Assembly: GCA_001786765.1 (NCBI GenBank)
Contig: MFTH01000016.1
Span: 21,666 to 85,665 of the forward strand
Origin: Candidatus Nomurabacteria bacterium RIFCSPHIGHO2_01_FULL_37_25
GTDB taxonomy: Bacteria > Patescibacteriota > Minisyncoccia > Phycocordibacterales > UBA9973
Reading direction: 5' to 3'
DNA length: 64,000 nucleotides
Part shown: positions 15,385-22,558 of the stretch, piece after piece
Layout: every line of letters starts with the position of its first letter
Position numbering within the stretch: the stretch's first letter is position 1
The notes under the pieces: generated by a model
The model's database searches: none
What the model saw: only the letters and a program-made list of their open reading frames with translations
What the model was told of the DNA's origin: nothing
Made by a program: the position numbers and the translations under genes

Positions 15385-16329
15385 ATGCACAGGACAGTTC
15401 TTTTAAATGAAGTTATAGATGGGTTGAATTTAGGCTCCGGTTCCATCGTCGTAGATGCAACATTTGGCGGCGGAGGGCATAGTCTGGAGATTTGTAAAAG
15501 ATATCCGAGTGTGAGGATAATTGCCTTAGATCAAGATCAAAGTGCTCTCGAAAAAGCCAAAAGTAAATTCAAAGATTCAAATTGTGATGTTACTTTTATA
15601 AATGCGAATTTTAGAGACCTAGATAGGGTGAACTTGGGAAATTTAAGCGTCGTGGGTTCCCTGTCCTCTGGTCTCCGAGGGCGAAGGCGCAAAAATTTTC
15701 CAAGTTCACCCGTAGACGGAATCATTTTTGATTTAGGTTTGAGTTCTGACCAGTTGGAGAATTCTGGACGAGGATTTTCTTTTCAAAAAGATGAACCACT
15801 TTTAATGACTATGAAAGAGAATCCAACTTCCGGAGATGTTACAGCGAAAGATGTTGTAAACACTTGGGGAGAAGATAGTTTAGCCGATATTATTTACGGT
15901 TATGGTGAAGAAAAGCAAGCTCGCAGAATCGCTAAAAGAATAGTGGAATTTAGGAAAAAACAGGAAATTAAAACCACCTTTGATTTGGTAAAAGTAATAG
16001 AAGAGGCGATTCCAGCCAAGTTTCGTAAAGGCAAAATCCATTATGCCACTAAAACTTTTCAGGCAATAAGGATAGCGGTAAATGATGAGTTGGGAGCGCT
16101 TGCCGAGGGTTTGGATAAAGGTTTTAAGTTATTGAAGGTAGGAGGGAGGATGTCGGTGATTTCTTTCCATAGTTTAGAGGACAGGATAGTAAAGAGATTT
16201 TTTAAGAAAAAAGCGGAAGAAAATTTAGCAAAGTTAATTAATAAAAAACCCATTATTGCTAAATTAGAAGAAATAAAAAATAATCCGAGGTCAAGAAGCG
16301 CAAAATTAAGAATTTTATCCCGACGCTAA
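15385..16329 (+). CDS. rsmH: 16S rRNA (cytosine1402-N4)-methyltransferase RsmH, carrying an in-frame ~80-nt repeat insertion
   Basis: VVDATFGGGGHS, VDGIIFDLGLSSDQL, SFHSLEDRIVK. Extra segment NLSVVGSLSSGLRGRRRKNFP relative to RsmH homologues. Confidence 0.9.
   Translation: MHRTVLLNEVIDGLNLGSGSIVVDATFGGGGHSLEICKRYPSVRIIALDQDQSALEKAKSKFKDSNCDVTFINANFRDLDRVNLGNLSVVGSLSSGLRGRRRKNFPSSPVDGIIFDLGLSSDQLENSGRGFSFQKDEPLLMTMKENPTSGDVTAKDVVNTWGEDSLADIIYGYGEEKQARRIAKRIVEFRKKQEIKTTFDLVKVIEEAIPAKFRKGKIHYATKTFQAIRIAVNDELGALAEGLDKGFKLLKVGGRMSVISFHSLEDRIVKRFFKKKAEENLAKLINKKPIIAKLEEIKNNPRSRSAKLRILSRR
15626..15711. repeat. family-2 hairpin element inserted in-frame in rsmH
   Basis: GGGTGAACTTGG-gAAATTTAAGCGTCGTGGGTTCCCTGTCCTCTGGTCTCCGAGGGCGAAGGCGCAAAAATTTT-CCAAGTTCACCC. 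The core is shared with 24905-24970. Confidence 0.85.
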
Positions 16330-16365
16330 TTCGGGACCCCGACACAAATTTACTTGGCGTCGGGG
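16318..16365. repeat. tandem CCCGAC/GTCGGG-type hairpin pair overlapping the rsmH stop codon
   Basis: TCCCGA-cgctaat-TCGGGA then CCCCGAC-acaaatttacttggc-GTCGGGG. Confidence 0.75.
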
Positions 16366-16380
16366 GAAAAAGAAAAATAA

Positions 16381-16432
16381 CATGACCCTTCAATAAAAAT
16401 TCAGGGTCATGGTGAGTAAAATCGAACCATGA
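16381..16432 (+). promoter_or_regulatory. two mutually exclusive hairpins; the second sequesters the ftsL start codon
   Basis: CATGACCC-loop-GGGTCATG (16381-16411) overlaps TCATGGT-gagtaaaatcga-ACCATGA (16407-16432; ATG 16429). The same motif recurs at 42970-43048 upstream of rpoD. Confidence 0.6.
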
Positions 16433-16818
16433 AAACAATAAGTTCAAAATTAAATATGTATATAGAAAAAGTGAGTGTAATAAATAATAATATTGAAAAA
16501 CTTATTTTGAATCTTATTTTTTGTTCTTTTGGAGCGTTTGCATTGTTGTATGTTTTATTTTTAGGAAATATGGTTCATAATATTATAGAGCGTAGAAGTC
16601 TTGAAGCGAATGCGCGTGGACTTTCTAATGAAGTTAGAGATTTAGAACTTACTTATTTATCCATGTCTAGCAATGTTGACTTAGCCCTTTCGCATTCTCT
16701 GGGTTTTAAAGAGACAAAAACAATATTCGCAACTCGAAAACCTCTCACCTATGGATATACCGGCTTTAGACAGGGTGAATCTTTTGGCGGTGTAAAAGCA
16801 ATTCAAAATGACCTATAG
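16429..16818 (+). CDS. ftsL: cell division protein FtsL-like (bitopic, coiled coil)
   Basis: 129 aa. Single TM helix LILNLIFCSFGAFALLYVLFL. Position between rsmH and ftsI. Confidence 0.5.
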   Translation: MKTISSKLNMYIEKVSVINNNIEKLILNLIFCSFGAFALLYVLFLGNMVHNIIERRSLEANARGLSNEVRDLELTYLSMSSNVDLALSHSLGFKETKTIFATRKPLTYGYTGFRQGESFGGVKAIQNDL

Positions 16819-18517
16819 TTTTTTTTCGAGATCAAAAATTGTTCTTTTTTGTGTTCTAATTTTTTCTTTGATTTTAATAGCCAAGCTTTTTTTCCTGCAA
16901 GTTGTGCATGGCGATATTTACTCAAAATCTGCTGACCGCCAATATTCTACTCCTCCGGACAATATTTATGAACGCGGGACTATTTTCTTCAAGAGTAAAG
17001 ATGGACAACTCATTTCGGCTGCTACACAAGCTAATGGATTCAAGGTTGCCATAAATTCTAGTAAAATTATTGACAAAGAACTGGTTTATCAAAAACTCGC
17101 TAAAATAATCTCTCTTGATCATGCTGATTTTATAAATAAAGCGTCCAAGTTGAATGACCCTTATGAAGAGGTGGCAAACCGTCTTTCTAAAAAGCAAGCT
17201 GATGCAATATCTCTTCTCAAAATACCCGGGGTAAGTATTTTTAAAGAGAAATGGCGTCTTTATCCGGGAGGAACACTTGCTTCCCATGCGCTCGGTCTTG
17301 TCGGATACAAGGATGCAGAGCTAGGCGGGCGTTATGGTCTCGAGAGAGAGTATAATGCCGAACTTACTAGGGACAACAACCCTAATATTAATTTTTTTGC
17401 TGAAATTTTTTCCAATATAAATAAAACTTTTTTTAAAAATGAAATAATGCAAGGAGACTTGGTAACCACCATTGAGCCAACTGTGCAGAATTTTTTAGAG
17501 AAAAAATTAATGGAGTTAAAAGAAAAATATCAAATTGATTCTATTGGTGGAATAGTTATGAATCCGCAAGACGGAGCTATCTATGCTATGAGCGTTAAAG
17601 CAGATTTTAATCCAAATGATTTTTCTAAAACTAAAACATCTACTTTTTCTAATCCAATAGTGGAAAATGTTTTAGAATTTGGCTCTGTGGTAAAACCCTT
17701 GATTATGGCAGGAGCGATTGATGCGGGGGTGGTCTCGGCAGATACGACATACACCGATAATGGTTTTGTGAAGATTGAAAATAAAGAAATATCGAATTTT
17801 GATAAAAAGGGCAGAGGTCCAGGCACGAGTATGCAAGAAGTTTTAAATCAATCTCTCAACACCGGCATGGTTTTTGTAGCCCAAAAATTAGGCAAAGAAA
17901 GGTTGCGAGATTATTTATTTTCATACGGAATCAAAGATAAAACCGGCATTGATTTACCTAATGAAACTTCGGGACTTGCGGGAGGCATATCAAAAAGTCC
18001 TAGAGAAATCGAATATGTTAATGCCGCCTTTGGTCAAGGTATTGCTCTTACCCCGATTGGATTCATTCGAGCATTCGCCTCACTTTCAAATGGTGGCAAT
18101 CTGGTTGTGCCTCATATTGTGGAAGAAATAAAATATGATGATGGTAGTTCTAAAGTTATGAACTATGATACGGTAGCTACCAAAATAACAAAACAAACTT
18201 CAGAAGAGATAACTAGAATGTTAGTGACAGTAATGGATAAAGCGATCAAAGGAGGCGCAGGGAAGTTAGAACATTTTAGCGTGGCGGTGAAAACTGGCAC
18301 AGCGCAGGTTGCGGATAATACTACTGGAGGATATTATACGGACAGGAATACGCATTCTTTTGTCGGTTATTTTCCAGCTTATGATCCGAAGTTTATAGTC
18401 TTTCTTTATGCTATAAATCCAAAAGGTACGCCATACGCAGCGACAACTTGGTCGGATCCATTTTTAGAGATTACTAAATTTTTATTAAATTATTACGAGA
18501 TTCCGCCAGATCGGTAG
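16808..18517 (+). CDS. ftsI: peptidoglycan D,D-transpeptidase FtsI / PBP2-type
   Basis: SVVK (SxxK), SLN, KTGTA motifs. N-terminal TM segment. Confidence 0.85.
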   Translation: MTYSFFSRSKIVLFCVLIFSLILIAKLFFLQVVHGDIYSKSADRQYSTPPDNIYERGTIFFKSKDGQLISAATQANGFKVAINSSKIIDKELVYQKLAKIISLDHADFINKASKLNDPYEEVANRLSKKQADAISLLKIPGVSIFKEKWRLYPGGTLASHALGLVGYKDAELGGRYGLEREYNAELTRDNNPNINFFAEIFSNINKTFFKNEIMQGDLVTTIEPTVQNFLEKKLMELKEKYQIDSIGGIVMNPQDGAIYAMSVKADFNPNDFSKTKTSTFSNPIVENVLEFGSVVKPLIMAGAIDAGVVSADTTYTDNGFVKIENKEISNFDKKGRGPGTSMQEVLNQSLNTGMVFVAQKLGKERLRDYLFSYGIKDKTGIDLPNETSGLAGGISKSPREIEYVNAAFGQGIALTPIGFIRAFASLSNGGNLVVPHIVEEIKYDDGSSKVMNYDTVATKITKQTSEEITRMLVTVMDKAIKGGAGKLEHFSVAVKTGTAQVADNTTGGYYTDRNTHSFVGYFPAYDPKFIVFLYAINPKGTPYAATTWSDPFLEITKFLLNYYEIPPDR

Positions 18518-18524
18518 TAATGAA

Positions 18525-18644
18525 TCCCGTTAGAGATATGATGGTTTTTCAGAAAAAATGAAAGAGAATATAACAATATGATTAAAGTTTTAATTAAAAG
18601 TAATGTAATTACGGAAATCTAAAGATTTCCTATCTCTAACGGGA
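18525..18644. mobile_element. TIR-bounded element, copy 1 (TIR TCCCGTTAGAGATA / TATCTCTAACGGGA); the right TIR abuts the murF ATG
   Basis: Perfect 14-bp terminal inverted repeats enclose 92 nt of AT-rich sequence. The same TIR is at 41105-41183. Confidence 0.7.
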
Positions 18645-19993
18645 TGAAGACAATTCTTAAAAAAATAATAGCTTACATACTACAGATAGAATCACGCCTG
18701 GTAATTTTTAGATATAAACCGAAGATTGTCGCTATTACCGGCTCGGTCGGCAAGACTTCCACTAAGGATGCAGTTTATGCAGTTCTCTCCGGAATGTCGC
18801 ATGTTCGCAAAAGTGAGAAAAGCTATAATAGCGAAATAGGATTGCCACTGACTATTTTAGGTATTCCAAATGGATGGAATAATCCTCTGGTGTGGGTTCA
18901 AAATATTTGGAAAGGTCTTTGGCTTTTTCTTAGTCCTTTTGGGCCTCACAAATATCCCAAATGGCTTGTCCTCGAAGTCGGTGTAGGCAAGCCGGGTGAT
19001 ATGCGTCGCACAGCTTCTTGGTTTAAAACTGATGCGGTTATCATCACTGCCATCAGCGAGACTCCGGCTCATATTGAATTTTTTAATTCCCGAAAAGACC
19101 TTATAAAAGAAAAAAGCGAGCTCATAAAAACTTTAAAACCAGATGGCATTTTAATATTAAATGCTGATGACGAGGACGTGCTCTCTATGAGAAACCAAAG
19201 TAAGACTAAAGATAAGCATCGCGCTATAACTTATGGATTTACAGAAGGCGCTGATGTTTTGGCATCTCAAGATAGTATTTTTTATGGTGATTTAGGTGAA
19301 CCTCGAGGAATAACTTTTAGAATAGATGAGAGGGGGAATAGTCTACCTGTAATTACAGAAGGTGTATTTGGCAGAAATCATGTCTATGCTTCTCTCGGAG
19401 CTTTAGCTTTTTCTTCAATTTTGAAATTTAATATGCTGGATGCGGTGAATTCGCTAAAAAATTATGATGTTGCGCCAGGGCGTATGCGATTGCTAAATGG
19501 TATTAACGGAACTTTGATTATTGATGATACTTATAACTCTTCTCCTTTTGCTTGTGAATCCGCGCTTAAAACTTTAGGAGAAGTAAAATGTTTGGGGAGG
19601 AAAATTGCTATTTTGGGCGATATGCTTGAATTAGGTAAATACACAGAAGAAGCTCATAAAAATATCGGCAAGATAGCTAAAGAAAATTGTGATGTTTTGG
19701 TAGTGGTGGGTCATAGAGCGCAAGCTATAAAGTCTGGTGCTCTGGAAGCAGGGATGAATAATGCGAATATTTTTGAATTTTTAGATTCATATCAAGCTCA
19801 CGAATTTGTAAAAACTTTTGTGCGGGCAGGCCCGCCTGCTCCTGACGAAGGAGGGCGGGCAGGGGACTTGGTGCTCGTAAAAGGTTCTCAAGGTATGCGT
19901 ATGGAGCGTGTGGTAGAGGCGATACTTTTTGATAAAGAAAATAAAGAAAAACTACTGGTTCGTCAAGACAAAGAATGGTTGAAGAAAAAATAA
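18644..19993 (+). CDS. murF: UDP-N-acetylmuramoyl-tripeptide--D-alanyl-D-alanine ligase with a GC-rich hairpin insertion near the C-terminus
   Basis: ITGSVGKTSTK P-loop, Mur ligase domains. Extra RAGPPAPDEGGRAG before LVLVKGSQG. Confidence 0.85.
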   Translation: MKTILKKIIAYILQIESRLVIFRYKPKIVAITGSVGKTSTKDAVYAVLSGMSHVRKSEKSYNSEIGLPLTILGIPNGWNNPLVWVQNIWKGLWLFLSPFGPHKYPKWLVLEVGVGKPGDMRRTASWFKTDAVIITAISETPAHIEFFNSRKDLIKEKSELIKTLKPDGILILNADDEDVLSMRNQSKTKDKHRAITYGFTEGADVLASQDSIFYGDLGEPRGITFRIDERGNSLPVITEGVFGRNHVYASLGALAFSSILKFNMLDAVNSLKNYDVAPGRMRLLNGINGTLIIDDTYNSSPFACESALKTLGEVKCLGRKIAILGDMLELGKYTEEAHKNIGKIAKENCDVLVVVGHRAQAIKSGALEAGMNNANIFEFLDSYQAHEFVKTFVRAGPPAPDEGGRAGDLVLVKGSQGMRMERVVEAILFDKENKEKLLVRQDKEWLKKK

Positions 19994-20084
19994 TTGATTA
20001 AAATCGTAGTAGCTTTTAGGTCAAAAAGAAAGGGCCTGCGAAATCTCAAATATATGATAATCACGCAGGCCCAGATGTGGTTGA

Positions 20085-20153
20085 CTACCGCTTACACAAG
20101 CGCTGCCCAATGGCAGCGAACATCACCGCCAAGATGACGGGGGCCGCCGACAT
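20085..20153 (-). CDS. hypothetical 22-aa hydrophobic peptide (type I toxin-like composition)
   Basis: MSAAPVILAVMFAAIGQRLCKR. AAGGAGGA sits 23 nt upstream, which is non-optimal spacing. Confidence 0.15.
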   Translation of the reverse strand: MSAAPVILAVMFAAIGQRLCKR

Positions 20154-20182
20154 TTGGGCGGTCTGTGCCTCTGTGTCCTCCT

Positions 20183-20323
20183 TTAAATTGACTCCATTAA
20201 TTTTTTTTCACCGTGTGGTGATACACACGGTGGTGGATCGTGCGTTGCCCAAAAACGCAACGCTATTGATCCCAACAACATCCCCCCCACACAACAAAAC
20301 AAAACAACTAGAAATCTTTGCAT
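20183..20323 (-). CDS. hypothetical 46-aa hydrophobic peptide with canonical SD (GGAGGA, 8 nt spacer) in a GC-rich islet
   Basis: MQRFLVVLFCCVGGMLLGSIALRFWATHDPPPCVSPHGEKKLMESI. The local GC is far above the genome background. It overlaps the + ORF 20077..20325 from the track. Confidence 0.25.
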   Translation of the reverse strand: MQRFLVVLFCCVGGMLLGSIALRFWATHDPPPCVSPHGEKKLMESI

Positions 20324-20530
20324 AATAACTCTCCTCCCTATCTCAACCTCTCACTTTCGGTGCTGAGGCCATCCTTTTACGGATTTTATAGAGTGATTCC
20401 AAAAAAAGATATATCATGTTAAAATGTTATTGTCAAGGGTTCAAGTAATAGTTTTGTTACCTTTGTGACCTATTGTATGACGAATTAGAACTTGCCTTGA
20501 CCAGGTCAAGGCGCTATCAGGGCGTTATAA

Positions 20531-21301
20531 CTACAGGTTAGTCTTAATCCAACTATCAAAAATAGTTTTTATTTCTGCTAGATTTTTTGGGTCTCTAAAA
20601 GTATGAGGCGCATCTTTGATTATGTGTATTTCTTTTTTGCCGGGCAATTTATCAAAAAGTATTTTTTGATGTTCTGGTGGTGTACTGTCGTCTTTGTCTC
20701 CAACTATTAATAATACTGGCATAGTTAATTTATTTGCTTCTGGCAATAAATCATATTTCATCCTGTCTTCCATTTCTGCCCATTTTAATTTCTTGACAAG
20801 TCCAGGCTTTGATTCACTTTCTTGGATTAGCCAACCTGTCTTTTTCCATTCATCTATTTTTCCACGAGATTTCTTTGTTTCAAGACTAAGTCCTCCGGAC
20901 ACAACTGTCGAAATCGGCGCAAGGGCTTTAACTTCATTTGGGTATCTTTCTGCATATAGGGCAGTTGATATTCCACCTAGGCTATGTCCAACAAGCCAAA
21001 ATGGTTCTTTGTACCAAGTTTGAATTTTTGCCCAATTAATAACGTCTTCTAAATCTTCGTAATAGTTTGTTGTAGTCGCATCTTCGTATAAACCCTCGCT
21101 TTCACCATATGTGTGAGTTGTATCAAATAGAACAGTAGTAAAATCATTTTCTCTGAAAGCCTCAGCAAAGGTTTGAATATGTTTTTGTTCTTTGAATCCT
21201 CCAAGTCCATGCATAACAAAAACTAAACCCTTTGATTTTTGGTTTTTGTCAACAACTACAGCAATTTTTTTATCGTTACGATTTTTTATAAATATTTTCA
21301 T
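20531..21301 (-). CDS. alpha/beta hydrolase (esterase/lipase-like)
   Basis: VFVMHGLGG, nucleophile elbow GHSLGG, C-terminal DAPHTF. The ORF-track start at 21340 overlaps a tRNA. The ATG at 21301 (MKIFIKNRNDKK) is preferred. Confidence 0.7.
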   Translation of the reverse strand: MKIFIKNRNDKKIAVVVDKNQKSKGLVFVMHGLGGFKEQKHIQTFAEAFRENDFTTVLFDTTHTYGESEGLYEDATTTNYYEDLEDVINWAKIQTWYKEPFWLVGHSLGGISTALYAERYPNEVKALAPISTVVSGGLSLETKKSRGKIDEWKKTGWLIQESESKPGLVKKLKWAEMEDRMKYDLLPEANKLTMPVLLIVGDKDDSTPPEHQKILFDKLPGKKEIHIIKDAPHTFRDPKNLAEIKTIFDSWIKTNL

Positions 21302-21319
21302 TTGTTTTTTTGTGCCTTG

Positions 21320-21391
21320 TGACCTTACTGGGAATCGCACCCAGATTTAAAGCTTGAGAAGCTCTTGTCCTAACTATTAGACGATAAGGCC
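21320..21391 (-). tRNA. tRNA-Glu (anticodon CUC), paralogue of the tRNA-Glu(UUC) at 6634
   Basis: Reverse complement GGCCTTATCGTCTAATAGTTAGGACAAGAGCTTCTCAAGCTTTAAATCTGGGTGCGATTCCCAGTAAGGTCA. The 5' half is nearly identical to the other tRNA-Glu. Confidence 0.75.
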
Positions 21392-21494
21392 TTGTGTAAA
21401 AAATACAACATTTAAAACAAAAAATCAAAGATTTTTTAGCACCTACATAAGATTTCTGCATATGCGGGAATTTTAGATAACATAATTTTATTCT

Positions 21495-22532
21495 CTAATT
21501 TTCCACTTTCGGTTTTTCCACCTCAAGTAGTGAAAGTTCTGGTGAAGAACCGGCGATGCGGAGGACATCTTTGTCTATTTTTTTTAATTCTTTATTTGAA
21601 GCATTGTAATGATTCACGACAGTGCCGAGCGCGTTGCCGAGCTTGTTGTGATATTCATCATAAGATTTTAAATGCTTCCCCAAGTCTTCCACCTTTTTTA
21701 TTATTTCTTTTGCAGATTCTTCTATTTTTAACGCTTTTAGGCCTTGCAGGACCGTTTGTAAATATGCCAGAAAAGAAGTGGGACTCGTAATAATGACTTT
21801 ATATTTTCCTGCCGCTCGTTGAATCAAGTTTTCTTCTCCAGCGCCGACCTTGCCTGTGAGCAAGTCATAGTAAATAGCTTCATGCGGAATAAACATAAAG
21901 GCAAAATCAGTCGTGCCTTCTCTTGGTTGGATATATTTTGCAGTTTCTAATATTCTATTTTTCAAATCATCTTCAAAAACTTTTCCTAGTTTTTTTCTTT
22001 CTGTTTCATCTCTTTCTTCCGCCATTCTATTGTAATTCTCCAGCGAGAATTTTGAATCTATCGGAATAATTTTATCTTTTATAAATACTACAGCATCCAC
22101 AATAGTTTTATCAGGAAATTCGTATTGCATTTGGTAGCTTCCGGGCGGAAGGACGTTTTTTAGAACTGTTTCTAGATAATATTCGCCCAATATTCCGCGT
22201 TGTTTAGGGTTCTTTAAAATATTTTCCAAGCTTTGCAACTGGTCAGCAAAAGAGATGACTTGTTTATTTGTCTCGTCTAGTCTGGTGAGTCTTTCGGTCA
22301 CATCTCTGATGATTTTATTTGATTCACTGGAATGAAATTTTAGACTCTCGTTGACTTGTTTGTGTGATTCTCCTATTTTATTATCCACTGTTCGTGAGAG
22401 CTCATTTATTTGCGTTAAGATAAGATTTAGTCCAGTGTCATCTTTATTTTCTTCTTTTTTTCTACTTAAAAAATAATAGACAATTATGCCTCCAGCTATT
22501 ATTCCTAGTATTATAGAGAAAGAATTTTGCAT
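21495..22532 (-). CDS. rmuC: DNA recombination protein RmuC
   Basis: N-terminal TM, long coiled coil, GEYYLETVL, FAFMFIPHE. Confidence 0.85.
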   Translation of the reverse strand: MQNSFSIILGIIAGGIIVYYFLSRKKEENKDDTGLNLILTQINELSRTVDNKIGESHKQVNESLKFHSSESNKIIRDVTERLTRLDETNKQVISFADQLQSLENILKNPKQRGILGEYYLETVLKNVLPPGSYQMQYEFPDKTIVDAVVFIKDKIIPIDSKFSLENYNRMAEERDETERKKLGKVFEDDLKNRILETAKYIQPREGTTDFAFMFIPHEAIYYDLLTGKVGAGEENLIQRAAGKYKVIITSPTSFLAYLQTVLQGLKALKIEESAKEIIKKVEDLGKHLKSYDEYHNKLGNALGTVVNHYNASNKELKKIDKDVLRIAGSSPELSLLEVEKPKVEN

Positions 22533-22558
22533 ATATTTATATTATTATTATTTTAAAA

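Noticed and set aside
20077-20325. Plus-strand 82-aa ORF in the GC-rich islet
   Set aside because: It has no ribosome-binding site. It overlaps minus-strand peptide ORFs that do have canonical SDs, and is largely built from hairpin-forming sequence. Coding status is unresolved, so it is not reported as a CDS.
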